The notes: generated from the letters alone by a model not told the origin. 51,024 bases of DNA, filler included, from Jimgerdemannia flammicorona (GCA_003990765.1; 2 parts of 2 records of this genome joined end to end with filler, not necessarily neighbours in it), one strand, 5' to 3'; numbered from the whole stretch's first letter, positions 1 to 13,914 are shown. Translations and numbers: made by a program.

Positions 1-31
<31 letters not shown>
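1..31 (+). repeat. Poly(A) run, probably the tail of a non-LTR element inserted into a LINE ORF2
   Basis: 31 consecutive A, followed directly by mid-RT LINE sequence (EAVRYLG). Confidence 0.5.
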
Positions 32-35
<4 letters not shown>

Positions 36-927
36 CAGTGAGGTATTTAGGCATCTTCCTTTCTGTATATAGTTCTGTCCTGCCACAGGTATGGTGGAAA
101 AGGAGGGTGGCCATTTGGGGGGAGGTGCTTAGAGATTGGAGAGGTCACCACATCTCCCTAGCTGGCCAGATATCAATTCTGAATGTCTACTGATTCCCTA
201 AGCTGTGGTATGTTACTTATTATTTGGACTTTCTAGCTTGGGTGGTGAAGAAACTGATGAAGCTGGCTAGAGACTGGATTTGGGCAGGGAGGAGGACCCA
301 GATGGGTTGGGACACTCTGGCATCACTGGTGGTTCAGAGAGGGCTAGGTCTGGTGGATCTTTCTAAGAGGCTGCACTGTCTGCAAGTATGGTGGTTGAAG
401 AGAGCTATTGAATTGAAGGGAAGGGATTGGGTGCTGCTGATGCAGAAGGTGTAAGAGATGAGATTCTTCCCATAGGGATCCTTAGGAGATTTGCTATTAC
501 TAATGGGTCTGGATGGTAGCTGTCAGCTATGGTATAAGGGCTTCTGGTAGGGGGTGGTGGATGGAGCACACTGAATAGGCTTGTACTGGTGAAGCAATGA
601 GAGGGAAATGTTGGAGATCAGCTATGTGGTAGTGGGACAGATTGCTTCTGGGGGGTGCCCTGCTTGCTGAGTTTGATATTAGTAATGGGGTAGAGTGTCA
701 GCAGGGCCTTAGTCAGGATCTTTGACCAAGTGGTTAGCAGGTAGTGAGGATTGGTAAGAAGTGGGACTGGGCAAGAGTCTGGTCATGGAGTGCTGAGGTA
801 CAGAGGTGGCTTCCTCCAAGTTCTGGGTAGTCTGGTGGCAGATGTTACAGAGGAATATCATGTTGAATTTCCATGCTGGGCATCTGGTAGAAGGTGGCCA
901 ATTTGATTGTGAGGAGTGCTATAATGT
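32..927 (+). pseudogene. Decayed L1/Tx1-like LINE ORF2 fragment (RT thumb to start of the C-terminal zinc finger)
   Basis: Colinear with 23155-24047 (EAVRYLG, GLGLVD...RLHCL..WWLKRA, FDCEECYN). Multiple stops; ends abruptly against Gypsy LTR sequence. Confidence 0.9.
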
Positions 928-930
928 CAG

Positions 931-1454
931 TATCTGAATTACCCACATCATCCAAGTTATTCACCTGTATCCAGTGAGTCCAAGAAGAATTCGCCATCAG
1001 TATAATTCCCAGTAAGCTGCTATTTCAGAGAAGCTACAGCCAAATAGAGTTATCTGCCAAATTGTATACTTTTGGAGATTATTATACTAATAAGATTACT
1101 AGGCAGAAATCACATAAGGAAACTACCAAATTGCCAGACCATTACACATAAGGAACCCACTGTACCATATAGAGATTGTTGTGCTACATACAAAATTCTT
1201 CTAATTCCCAGTTGACCCAAGAAGGAAATCCATTCACAAATTGCTACTATATCCAGAGAACAGTTCTGATAAGAAAATCACTATATAATTGACTGCCATA
1301 TCCAGAACTTGACTATTATATCACTAAATACCAACAAGGACCTCAGGAATCTTAGAAAATTTTGTTGCTTTTTGACAAAGTAACTGGGGGCTCAAGCCAA
1401 ACTACACTAACCCCCAACCTTGTAATTTGCCTCCATTGAGCCAGACACATTACA
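931..1454 (+). repeat. 3' portion of the 5' LTR of Gypsy copy 1
   Basis: Matches ~10070-10593; ends TTACA immediately before the PBS. Confidence 0.9.
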
Positions 1455-1456
1455 TT

Positions 1457-1473
1457 TGGGGGCTCAACTGGGA
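1457..1473 (+). promoter_or_regulatory. Primer-binding site, tRNA-Pro type
   Basis: TGGGGGCTCAACTGGGA 2 nt after the LTR end. Resembles the MLV tRNA-Pro PBS TGGGGGCTCGTCCGGGAT; identical at 43584-43600. Confidence 0.75.
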
Positions 1474-1487
1474 AGATTTCAAAATCA

Positions 1488-4400
1488 ATATGACTTTTCA
1501 GCTCACAAGAACTCACAGTCAAACTGAATACATTTGATACAACACCAATCTCTGCCACCACAGAAGAATCAGTTATCACCAGCATTTGGACAGGAAGAGA
1601 AGTAATCACCTCAAGACTTGTCAACTACCCAGCATCAGAAGGATCTCAACCAGAAACCAGTACAGCCTAAAATCTCCAACCAGATTAGCCAGAAAACACA
1701 GGTGACCCTGCTAGAGACCTTGAAGAACTTGCACAAGAACTAGAAGATCTCATTACATAAGCCTGAGATCTTACAGTCAGATACTCCATATCAGTCCCAC
1801 CAATCTCACCCATTGAACCCTTACCACCAGCCCTTGCAGAATTGGAAGTAGCTTCTACAAGAATACTTAGGCTCATTCCACCTCATCCAACATCCAGAAC
1901 ACTATCCTCAGGATACCTAAGTACCCCCATCTCCAGTGACAGCTCAGAAAGTAAATCAGAATCAGAATCTGGACCAGAACCAGAATCAGAAGAAAGTGAC
2001 AACAAAATGGCCACCTCACTCCCAACTTTTGCAGGATATTCAGAGGAAGACCCCAGAGAATTCCTTGATAGAATTGAAGAAATCGTGGCTCTGAGGAATC
2101 TCTCAGATGAAAGAAAAATCGCTATTTACAAGACCCAGCTCAGAGAACCAGCCAGAGGAATTTTTCATCAAATAGCAAATAACCCACATTCAGAACTGGT
2201 GAGACAGATACAATCAGCAGCATCTTATGAGCTAGAGTATATAGCCATGGTCCACTGGCTTATTGAAAAGTATGCAGAAAATGAAACCTGCCATAAGGAT
2301 CAAGAATCTATTATGGAGATGAAGATGAACCTTGGAGAATCACCCAGAGCCTTCTTCACAAGAATCCAGAAGAGAATGTATACAGCCAGATTCAATGCTA
2401 GCTACCTGGACATCATAGGTCCAATAACCTTCATGAATAGGATTCCCCTAAACATTGCCCAGTATGTCTGCACTTTAGGCATCAGAAGGTCTAAAGAGCA
2501 AGTAGATGTAGCTCAAGGATTCTTTGATATCAGACAAGGAACTATCTGGAGTGATCATGACAAGAAAGAGGATAAAGAAGACATCCTGGTCAAAGCCCTA
2601 CAAGGACTCCTTCAAGAACAGGAGAGATCTGAAGAAAGAAGGCCAGCCAAAGAAGGAAAGAAGAACAGAAGTGAAATCCAAGACCTTAGCTCCAAGTTGG
2701 ACTGATTGGTTGGACAGATTGAAAAACTCACCATATGTGAAAATCAGAGCTACCAAGACAATAGAGGATACCCACTAGAGAGGAGCCAAGGTTATCTACT
2801 AAGAAATAACAGGAGCTATCAGGAAGAGGAAAGAAGATACTTGGTCTGAGACAGAGCCCAAGTCCAATGCTTCTACTGTGGACAATTTGGACACTATATC
2901 ACCAAATGTGATAATAAAAGAAGGGACTGAAGGGACTCAGAACCATCAAATCAAAGGAATGATACTCAGTACAAAGAGACTAAAGCCCATCCTGTTGAAG
3001 ATTTCGAGGAAGAAAGCAATAGTGAAGACTACAGTAATCTAGACTTGTACCCTACCAAGAAAACTATCTGAAAAACAGTCTACCCAGCAGAGAAAAGGAA
3101 TAGACCTGTAGGAAGTCCATCCAGGAATATCAGCAGGAGAATTATCCAAGAAGAAGATGAAGAACATGAAGAAGAACAAGTAGAAACACCTCTCTGGACT
3201 CCTTCACCTTTTGTCTCTGAGACAAATGAGCTGCCATCAGAGGATGAAGAAATGGAACAAGAAGAATAGGAACCTACTGCCCCAAAGCCCAAGAAGAAGT
3301 ACACCCCAAAGACCATACCCAGAGACATCTACAAGGAAGCCTGGCAGAAGATTTAAGAGGCCAAGATGGAAGTCCCACTCTTACAGTTCCTGCAACTAAC
3401 ACTAGCTGGAGTCTGAAACAAATTGCTGAGAACCACCAGGTCCAGCACTGGCAGAGTTCCCATCCCACAGCAAGAGCCAGCCCCCACACCTATCCAGGCT
3501 GCAGAGAGACATGTCAGCACCTATTTACATGGAGACATTGGAGGACAAAAGGCGAAAATTCTCATAGACACAGGAGCAGCTGTCTGTGTTATTGCCAAAT
3601 GGTTCCTGGATACTCCCCAATGGCCCATTGATGGACCATCCAACCTCAGTATCATAGTAGCAGATGGAGCCCGAACTCAACTCCTTGGAGAAGTGCAAAA
3701 CATCACTATCTCTCTGGGACACATTCAGTTCTCCATCCCAAAAGCTATTATCACTGAAGCTGTCACCTATAATATGATTCTTGGCACCAACTGGATGAAA
3801 GAAATGAATGCAGTTGTTGATATCAGTCAACAAGTACTCAAGTTTGACTACCAAGGCAAGAAGTACAGAGTTAAGGTGACTAGTTATGAGCAATCATAGA
3901 AGAAGAAGAAGTTCACTATTTAGGAAGAATATACCAGCAGCAAAGAGTCTACCACAGAGGAGGAAGAAGAATCTGAAGATGGAAATGATCCCAGACTCAA
4001 TCCCCAAATTAACCTAGTGGATAACAGACCAGAAGATAATGTATGAGCTAAGAATACTGTCCCCATTACCATTGGAGCTATTGCAGGAGAAATCAAAGGA
4101 TGCCCCACCTGCCTCAAGAGACACAAGTGCCCCAAGCACTCCTTTAAGATCATTGAGACAAGGAATTCGCCTGGCACAGTCTGCCCAGAGTGTAGAAAGA
4201 AATAGAAGAAATGCAGATATGTTCCAGAAATACCTGCAACCAAAGCTGCAGAAGTACAAGCAATTTAGGGTCAAGAATAATTTGAGGAAGTAGAAGTTCC
4301 TGACCAAGAAGTTCCTGACCAAGAAGTTCCTGAACAAGAAGCACTTGAAGAAGAAGAGATCCCTGAACTCATCTCCTGGAATGACCCTTGCTGGACACTA

Positions 4401-6007
4401 CCTGAAGACAATAACCCTTGGAATATGGAAGAAGGACCCAGCATAATCCCCATTGTTCCCAAGAAAGAAACTCACCAAGAAAGAGCATTTCAGCTAGGAA
4501 GATGTCCACACCAAATGGTCTTCCACTCATCCTGAGATTACTGCTATCAGTACCATCTATTAGACCAATAGGAGAGACAGAGACCCCAGAGACCAGAATC
4601 CCTAAATATAATTGCACAGTCAACCACCTTTTAAGAAGTTATCACCAAATTGCAAAGTAGATTCAGAGGACAAGGTCTCTTTACCTGAACAAAAGTATAT
4701 CCCTTATCAACACTTCCTCCAACTTATGACCAAGATGGATACCAATTCCCAAGACAATAAGAAATCATCAATCAGGAACATCATTTCTGAGCAATAGGAT
4801 ATTGTAACCATAGAAGACACCCAGACTGCCAAGACTGTAGACATCATAAGATTCACCTCAGTCATGATGTCGCAATCTACACCTTGAAGAGAGGAGATAA
4901 CAGAGGCCAGATCAAAAAAAGCCAGACCAAGAAGCCAGAAAGAAGGATCCTCAAGATCTATGATCTAGGAGAAGACATCCTAGCCCTTATTACACATGCC
5001 ACTCACTAAGAATAGGCAGAAGATGCCACCAACTTTATGGAAGCCCTAGACCCTACAGGAAGAAGAGGAATCAACTATCTCCAAGATCTCTCTACTGGTG
5101 CCAGATGGCCACACCTCAACCTCAGAGTCAAGAGGCTCTCTACTAGTGGAGCCTTAGCCCAAGAATAGTCCAAACTTAGCAAGGACGTTGCCCAGTATGC
5201 TCTGCTACACCCCAAGGCCAAACCTCCAACCAAAGCTCACCCAGAAGATAAAGGATATGATCTTCACAGTCTGGAGGATGAATCCATCAAGTCTGGAAAA
5301 ACATTCATGATTAGAACCAGACTAGCCATGCAGACACCTCAAGGAACTTACATATAATTGACCTCAAGGTCTGGACTTGCCAGACAAGGAATAACTGTAG
5401 AAGGAGGAATCATTGACCTAGGATATATAGGTGATATCAAGGTCATCCTACACAATAGCAGTACAAAATAGCACTGAATCATTAGAGGACAGAAGATTGC
5501 CCAAGCAGTCATCATGAAGGTCAAGACCCCATATTACAAGAAGTCTCTAAACTGACTGAAGGAACAAGATAAGCCAAAGAATTTGGGAGTTCAGACAAGA
5601 AGAAAGTATATCTCCTTTAAGTCAACCACCTCAAGAGGAAAATTCCCCAGCAAGTATACTGCCAACCTGTCAGACTGCACAAGAACCTCATCCTGGAGAC
5701 TGGAGAACAAACCACCTTCGAAATCTTTGCACCACCCGACCCCAGAAATCTCTTCTTTGAACCCAATGACGATATCCCACACCTGGATATAGAAGGACAT
5801 ACCTTCTTAGATAAGATGAACCCAGTACACTCATGAGCAATCAACCAAAGTTGGGAAACCATCATCCTGCCAAAAGGAGCCATCATAGGACACCTGGTGT
5901 CTTTACTCAACTGAAATAATAGGGAAGTTTATGAACTAAACCTATTGGAAAATGGCAAAAGGTCCCAGAAGAATGGAAAGGCCCCTCTGCGACCCAGGAG
6001 ACAGTGA
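1488..6007 (+). pseudogene. Gypsy copy 1 ORF1: Gag - CCHC knuckle - aspartic protease - Cys/His-rich region - dUTPase - dUTPase-like fold
   Basis: One frame from before 1842 through the dUTPase (one 1-nt deletion near 5740). LPTFAG..EDPREFL Gag; CFYCGQFGHYITKC at 2868; LIDTGA at 3561; GYDL, SRSGLA, GIID.GY.GDI at 5250-5450. Confidence 0.88.
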
Positions 6008-7430
6008 AGCCTTCCACCAATATTGGAGAAGAATTGACACCTCAACAACAGCAATAACAAGCAGAACCCCTCAACAAATATCAAGATATCTTCACCACTG
6101 ATTATGGTAACCTGCCATACAACACATCATATCACCACAGCATAAATACAGGAAATACAACACCCATTCAGCAGAAATCCTATAGAATACCCCATCACTT
6201 AAAAAAAAAAAACATTCAAAAAGGAGCACATTCTAGAACTCTTAGACAATAGAGTCATCCAACCTTCAATCAGCCCCTGGGCCAGCCCTATACTTACATA
6301 TTGTACCAAAGAAAGGAGGATGGAGACTCTGTGTAGATTACAGGATACTCAATTCAGTTACTGAAAAGGATGCCTATCCTTTGTCTAGAATCAATGACCT
6401 TTTGGATGAATTACAAGATACCAGATACTTCAGCATTATGGATCTTTTCACAGAATTCCATGAGATCCCCATGGACCCAAAAGACATTCAAAAGACAGCC
6501 TTCCTTGCTCTAGGAGAACGGTTTGAATATCTCTGAATACTCTTTGGACTTTGCAATGTACTCCCCACCTTTTAGAGGATGATGAATTCAGTCTATGCCC
6601 CTTTGATCCACTACTGTCTGATCATATATATGGATGATTCCAACATCTATTTAGCAAATTTCGAAGAACACCTATACCACCTAGAGGAATTCTTCAAGCT
6701 CACCTGCAAAAACTACCTCAGACTCAATGTAAAGAAATGCTATTTCAGGAAACAGAAACTCAAATTCCTTAGATTCATAGTTTCAAAAGAAGGAACTCAT
6801 GCAGACTCAAAGAAAACTGAGAAGATCAACAACTGGCCAGTACTCAAGACCCCAAAAGAAATATTACCATTCCTGATACTAGTATCCTACTACAGAAGGT
6901 TTATTTAGGACTTTGCCCAAATCACTGCCCCAATCTGGATCCTTCTCAAGAAAGAAGTACCATTTAAATAGACAGAATCACAACAAAAAGCCTTCAAAGA
7001 ACTCAAGAACTGCATGACTACAATATCTATCCTTGTGTACCCCTATCTACAGAAGCCATTCATCTTGTATACAGACACTTCTAAAGATGGCCTAGGAGCA
7101 GTTCTAACCTGGGAAGGACCTGACCAATAATACCATTTGATAGTTTATGCAAGTCAAGCTACCAATCAGCAGCAGATGAACTATGGCAGCACCAAATTGG
7201 AATACCTTGTAGTCATATAGACAGTCACTCTGTTAAATCATTACCTTATTGGAAAAAGGTTCACTCTGATCACAGACCATACAGCCCTCAAATGATTATT
7301 CAACCACAAGAAACCCACTAGAATCCTAGTCCACTGGATCCTTATTCTTCAGAATTACATAATCACCATCATTCAAAAAGTAGGAAAAGCTCACAACAAT
7401 ATTGATATACTTTCCCACCAGCTCCAATAA
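5947..7430 (+). pseudogene. Gypsy copy 1 RT-RNase H
   Basis: SPWASP, AYPL.RI, YMDD (6627), RNase H LYTDTSK.GLGAVL, TDH.ALK. Frameshifts and stops. Confidence 0.92.
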
Positions 7431-8497
7431 ACTAAAAAAAGAGTGTCCTGTAGAACTACACCCTAAAGAAAACACCTCAGACCATCAAGTCACAAGAAGA
7501 TCTCATCTGAAAAGAATATCAGAAAGCCCACCAAGAATAAACAAATATAGAAGAAAAGTTGTGAACAATATACCAGCATTGGCCTAATCTCAGAACACAA
7601 GTCTGGGATATACTCAAGAAATGTGACACCTGCCAGAAGTACCAAAGAAGAAAGAACTACCAAGCACCACTACAACCAATTATACCACCAGACAATATCT
7701 TTCAGAGATGGAGAATAGATGTAATTGGACCTCTACCAGTTATACCAAGAAGAAACAAGTACATTTTAATATTTGTAGAACATCTAACCAAATGGCCTGA
7801 GACTTGTCCAATAGAAATTACAGATGCCTTAACTATTGTAGGCCTTCTCTATAGACTCACACTCAGATATGGACCCCCAGAAGAACTCATCTCTGACCAA
7901 GGCACAGAATTCATCAATAACATAATCATAATTTATGTCTAAATTCACAAGATCTACCTCAAATAGACCACATCATACTACCCTCAGACCAATGGCATGA
8001 CAGAAAGAATGAACCAGACCATTAAGAAAGGACATGCCCAAGTCAATCCTACCAACTGAGACCTCTGCTTACCTGAGATTCTATGGGAGATTTGGAATAT
8101 CCCTACTATCTCTACCAAACAAAAGCCATTCGAAATGATGTTTGCTAAGAAAATCAGAACTACTGACCATGAGAATCTCAGGGACCTCCTAAAGAAGGCA
8201 GAACAGTTATGTATGTAATCAAGCCCAAGCCCAGATTATCAAGGACTAAGAAAGATAAAAGAAGTACTATAACCAGAAACAGAAGGATCAGGAGATCAAG
8301 ATTGGAGATCAAGTACTAGTTTGGAGAAGTATGATTGAAATGAATTTTGCTGCCAAACTGAAGCCCAAATAGGAACAACCTTATCTTGTACACAATATCT
8401 GAGGAACCAGCATTTATTTAATAGACAGACCCTCAGAACACCAGTACACATCAACCACCTCAAGATATACCTCTCCCATCATGAACCAGACAATTGA
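7427..8497 (+). pseudogene. Gypsy copy 1 integrase
   Basis: HHCC remnant (CDTC), IDVIGPL, ISDQGTEF, YYPQTNGMTERMN, GPY-like C-terminus ending VHINHLKIY...DN*. No chromodomain seen. Confidence 0.9.
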
Positions 8498-9059
8498 TCA
8501 GTACCTCCAGACCCTTGTTTTGAGTTCATTCCAATCACTCCCAGTTTCCCTTTCATAATTCCAACAAGTCAATAAAAACCCCCTTCAGTGAATTCAGACC
8601 CATCAAGAGAACCTCACTTTGGCCAGATGTTTACTGCAAGTCCACTAGCTGCAGGCCTATTATGCAATTGGAGAATAGTTGCAGAATCTCCCAGCAGCAG
8701 ACCTGACCTACATCAGAAACTCCACTGGCCTCACCTGAAAAAATACCACTGCTGCAGACAAATTATATACAATCTACAAATGAAACATTCCAGCATTGAT
8801 ATAAGCACAATTCCTGTTGAATAATATTCAAAACATAAATCCCACCACCTACTAGAGCATCATCAATCATGTTGAAATCCTGTTCCCAGAGGAAGAAGAA
8901 GAACCTGTTGAGTGGAGTGACTCTAATCCAAATGAAGATACTGATTCAGGTATTGATCTTATATACATTGGAATGATGACTAAGGATTGTCTGAGGACAG
9001 ACCATTCATTAGTGGGGGCTGATGTGATGAGCAACAGAATTGCACTGCCAAAATCATAA
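8481..9059 (+). pseudogene. Putative extra 3' ORF (~190 codons) of unknown function
   Basis: ATG 8481 overlaps the integrase end. Frame reads MNQTIDQYLQTL...LQAYYAIGE.LQNLPAADLTYIRN...AADKLYTIYK...EEEEEPVEWSDS. Its 8 internal stops could be CAA/CAG/CGA decay. Only one copy is available. Confidence 0.5.
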
Positions 9060-10593
9060 ATTAGCCACATACTATATCTAGTATACTAGGCAACCAAGAC
9101 TGCTTTACTGTACCAACTTGTATATTTAGCCAGAGATACCAGAAACAGTATGTTTACCTATACCCTCCAGGTACACCATACACTTATGATACACTGTATC
9201 CTCAAGGTATATTGTACCCTCAAGGAATACTTGGCATAGTTAGCAATCTACAGTTAGCAACATAGTAACCTGTAGCAACCACAACTGTATAAAATACCCC
9301 AGAGATAAGAGTGAATAAACCTCAGTTCCAAAACACAAAGCAAAAGACAAGTCTGCCTACTATACTTCAAGAGATATGCCTGCCAAAAACCACTTGATCC
9401 AGGAAGGATTGCAATACTTAGGTGAAATGCCTACTCTATAGCCACTACTAGGAGATTGTGAGCTTTGCCTCTTTCCCACTCCAGTCCACTTTCCAATATA
9501 AAGAACAAGTCTGTTTTGGTTTGCTTGTCAGATAAGCTGAGTTTGCTGCCCAAGTTCAAGGAAGAACTTTGCTGCTATTTGAGAAATCCGCCACTTAAGG
9601 AATAAGCTGCAATGTTTTGGTTCACTTGCCAGATAAGCCTGAAGATTTGCCACCCAAGTTCAAGGAAGAACTTCACCACCTTTTGAGAAACCCACTACCT
9701 AAGAGAAAGCTGCCTTGTATAAGCCAGTTTCTGATGCAACTTTGCAGTGATCCATCATGCAAATGAAGCCAGTCTTTAACGTAACTTTGCCAAGAGACCC
9801 TTTCCCAGTTGAAGCTACTGTTTTCGAGTTATCTGCATTTCCAGAGAACCCCACTGATTTAGGAAGAATCTGTGACATCTGAGTTATTTGAGTTATCTGA
9901 ATTATCTGTGCCATCTGGGTTATTTCCCAGAAGAGCCTGCCAATTCAGAAAGAATCCATGCCATCCGAGTTATTTCCCAGAAGCCCATCAATTCAGGAAG
10001 AATCTGCAACATCCGAGTTATCCGAGTTATCCGAATTCCAAGTTATCTGTGACATCCAAGTTATTCAAGTTGTCCGAATTATCCGCATTGTCTGAGTTAT
10101 TCACCTGTTCCCAGTGAGCCTGAGAAGAATCTGTCACCAGTATAATTCCCAGTAAGCTGCCGTTTCAGGGAAGCCACATCCAAATCAAGTTATCCACCAA
10201 ATCACATACTTTTAGAGATCATCACGCTACACAAGATCACCATGCTGAAATCACATAAGGAAACCACCAAATTGCCAGACCGTCATACATATGGAACCTG
10301 CCATGCCACACAGAGATCATCGTGATACACGAAATTCTACCAATTCCCAGTTGACCCAAGAAGGAAACTCATTCACAAATTGCTGCTACACCCAGAGAAT
10401 AGTCCTGATTAGGAAATCACTGTATAATTGACTGCTGTATTCAAAACTTGACTATTATACCACTAAATACCAATAAGGACCTCAGGAATCTTAGAACATT
10501 TTGTTGCTTTTTGACAAAGTAACTGGGGGCTCAAGCCAAACTACACCAACCCCCAACCTTATAATTTGCCTCTATTGAGCCAGGCATGTTATA
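9023..10593 (+). repeat. 3' LTR of Gypsy copy 1 (~1.57 kb)
   Basis: Starts TGTGATGAGCAA after the purine-rich tract AGTGGGGG (9011-9018); ends CATGTTATA. The same start is seen at the end of the minus-strand LTR (13895). TATA-like TATAAAA near 9288; internal CCGAGTTAT repeats at 9890-10100. Confidence 0.9.
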
Positions 10594-13500
10594 GTATATG
10601 CTGATATATCTTTCTGCAATCTGAATAGTGGTTGGGGCTGATTCTTGTTGTGGAATTGAGACTTGGCCAGTGCTAGACCTTATGGTTCTCAATAGTTTAT
10701 TTTAAACTCCAGCTAATATTAGTAGTAGAAACTGCAGAAAAGGAACTTCTATTTTGCCTTCTTGAATCTTTTACCAGGCTTCATTGTAGATACATATTTC
10801 TGGGTATGATCTTTAGTATGTACTTCTTCTTGAGCTTCAGAACAGTAGGCTCTTGTTCTTTTTGCTCTATTTTTTCACCCTCTGATAGTAGTTTATTTGT
10901 TTTAGGAACAAAAGGTGAGAGAGACTGAGGAGGTACTTCTATTTGCTCTTCTTCATATTCTTCATCTTCTTCCTGGATAATTCTTCTACTGGTGTTCTGA
11001 ATATTTTTTCTAAAGGTCTCTTTCTTTTCTCTACTAAGTAGACTATCTTCCTAGTAATGACCCTAGCTGGGTATAGGTCTAGATCACTATAATCTTTATT
11101 ATTACTTTTCTCTTCAAAGTCTTCAACAGGGTGGGCTTCAGTCTTCTTATACTGGGTTTCATTCTTTCAATTTAGTAGTTCTGAGTCCCTTCAGTCACCT
11201 CTTCTGTTATCAAATTCTGTAGCATAGTGTCCAAACTGTCTATAGTAAAAGCATTGAACTTAAGCTCTGTCTTAGATAGGATACCTTCTTTCTTCTTATA
11301 GCTGATAGCTTCTGTTGTCTCTGGGTGGGTAATTTTGACTTCTTTGTAGTATATACTCTCTGTCATCCTACTGATAACTCCATTTTTCATTTATAGTGAG
11401 TTTTTCAATTTACTCTACTAATTAGTCTAACTTAGAGTTGAGGTCTTAAATTTAATTTCTCTCTTCCTTTCATTTCTTGACTGACTTCCCTTCTTCAAGT
11501 TTTCTTTATTCTTGGAGGAGTCCTTGCAGAGTCTTGACCTGAAGGTCTTCTTTATCATCCTTCTTGTTATATATAATCTCAGTAGTTTCTTTTCTGATAT
11601 CAAAGTAGCTTTGGACTACATCTACTTGTTCTTCTGATTTTCTAATACTTAGAGTATGAATATACTGAGAAATGTTAGGAGAGATCCCATTTATAAAAGT
11701 CATTAGACCAATGATGTTCTGGTTAGTAAAGTTGAATCTGACAGTATGTATTCTTTTCTAGATTCTTGTAAAGAATGCTCTGAGTAATTCTTCATTATAG
11801 TGAGTCTTATTTCCTATATACTTTTTGACTAGTCAGTAGCAAATAGCTTCATTGTCTTCTATTCAGTTTGTTGTATTGATCAGACCAATTCTAAGGTCTG
11901 AGTTGAGATTATCTTTTACTTGAGTAAATATTCCTTTAGCTGGTTCTCTGAGTTGGGCCTTATAGATATTGATTTTTCTCTGAGCTAAGAGATTCTTTAG
12001 AGCAGTAATTTCTTTCATTCCATCAAGAAATTCCCTTGGATCATCTTCTGAGTATTCTGCAAAGATTGATATTGAAGTGACCATTTTATCATTACTGTCT
12101 TCTGGTTCTGATTCTGATTCTGATTCTGGTTTTGATTCAACTTCTGAAATGTTGGTGGAACTTGAGATCCTTGGATATTCTGATGATGATATCACTGATC
12201 TCAGATGAGATGTAGTGGGTGTGGATAATCTTAATGAGACTATTCTTAATTCTTCAGATTCTGTGATTGCTGGTCCTGATAGTAGTTCAATAGAGGAGAC
12301 TGGTAAGACTTCTGAGAGAAACCAGGTCTAGATAATGAGGTCTTCAAGTTCTTATACATATAAGTTTATTGAAGTTTCTTATAGAGCTATTTGTATTGTT
12401 CAGTTGATCTGGCTGATCTGATTGATCTGAGGGTAAGTCTGTTGATACTGATTGATAATTCTGTACTATACTGACTTATGGTTGAGATCCTTCTGATGCT
12501 AGATAATGGATAAGTTTTGAGATAATTACTTCTCTATCTGTCTAAATACTAGTAATGATTTATTCTCTTGTAATGGCAGAGATTGGTATTATATTAAATA
12601 TATCCAGTTTGGCTATTGGGTTCCTATGAGCTAAAAAGTCATATAGATTTATAATCTCAGTTGAGCTCTCAAATATAATGTACCAGCTCAATAGAGATAA
12701 ATTACAAGGTTGAAGTATTGTATAGATGGGCTTGAGCCCCCAGATACTTTGTCAAAAGTAACAAAATGTTCTATAATATCTGATATTGGTGTTTAGTTAT
12801 ATAATAGTCAAATCTAGATACAGCAGTTAATTTTTATATTGGGATAGTTCTTGGATATAGTAGTGATTTATAATTTCAGTGACTTTCTTCTTGAGTAGTA
12901 GACAATCTTTGTATAGTATGAGTGGAATCCTTATATAATTTCTATATAATGATCTTATGTAGTGTGAGTGGATTCCTTATGTAATTTTACATGATGATCA
13001 TATTTTCAAAAGTATGCAATATCTGTATAATGATCTTATGTAGTGTGAGTGGATTCCTTATATAATTTTACATGATGATCATATTATCAAAAGTATGCAA
13101 TATCTGTATAATGATCTTAATAGACTTCCTCATCAGGTAGCAGATTACTGGAAAATAGCAAATAATGCAAATTACTCAAAAATTATAGATAACATAGATT
13201 CTTTCTGAATTGACAGATTTCTTAAATTACTTAAATAGTATAGATACATAACTCTCTTGGTAAAGTTATGTCAAAGACTGGCTTCATTTGTACAAACTTG
13301 AGTTCACTGCAAAGTTGGGTTAAATAAACTGACTTTGTGGTAAGATAGCAGACTTCCAGGCTTATCTGGCAAGCAGATCAAAATATGGTAAACTTATTTA
13401 TATCAGAAAGTAGACTAGAGTAGAAAGTAAGCTCACAATCTCCTAGTAGTGGCTTTAAAGCAGGTGTTTCTCCTAAGTGTTATAATTCTTTCTGAATCAA

Positions 13501-13895
13501 GTGGCTTTTGATAGTTATATCCCTCAAAATATAGTAGGTAGACTTATCTTTTGCTTTAGAACTTTTTGGATGGAGGTTTTTTCACTCTTATCTCTAGAGT
13601 ATTTTATATAGTTGTGATTACTATCTGGTTACTATATAGCTAACTATAGATTGATATTTATAGGAGAAGGGGTTGATCTTCAGAGTCAAGATGACCTTTA
13701 AGGTCAGGGTGAGCTTCAGAATCAGAGTAATCTTGACTCTCAGTAATGTTTCCTTCTTTGGCTATCTGGGTTATTTATATAAGTTGTTATAGTAAGACAG
13801 TCCTAATTGTTTGATATACTTGATATAGAATATGGCTAAATTATAGTGACTAATTCAAATAGTAGATTGGTATATTTTTCTACTTGCTCATCATA
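10594..13895 (-). mobile_element. Older antisense copy of the same Gypsy family (5' LTR + gag), interrupted by copy 1
   Basis: Minus ORFs 11863-12195 and 11506-11703 are homologous to Gag. Decayed PBS at ~12655-12673. Breaks off just before the protease, exactly at the 3' LTR end of copy 1. Confidence 0.9.
12674..13895 (-). repeat. 5' LTR of the antisense Gypsy copy (~1.22 kb)
   Basis: Reverse complement starts TATGATGAGCAA and ends CATTATA before the PBS. Contains an ~80-bp tandem duplication (12949-13118). Confidence 0.85.
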
Positions 13896-13914
13896 GTATA
13901 TAAATAATAATAAC

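Larger units (their letters stand above)
931..10593 (+). mobile_element. Ty3/Gypsy LTR retrotransposon copy 1 (dUTPase-bearing; 5' LTR truncated), decayed
   Basis: Partial 5' LTR, PBS, Gag, CCHC, protease DTG, dUTPase, RT YMDD, RNase H, integrase in Gypsy order, PPT and full 3' LTR. Many C-to-T-derived stops. Confidence 0.95.

Noticed and set aside
8481..9059. env gene
   Set aside because: Too short, and no signal peptide, furin site or transmembrane segment is visible.
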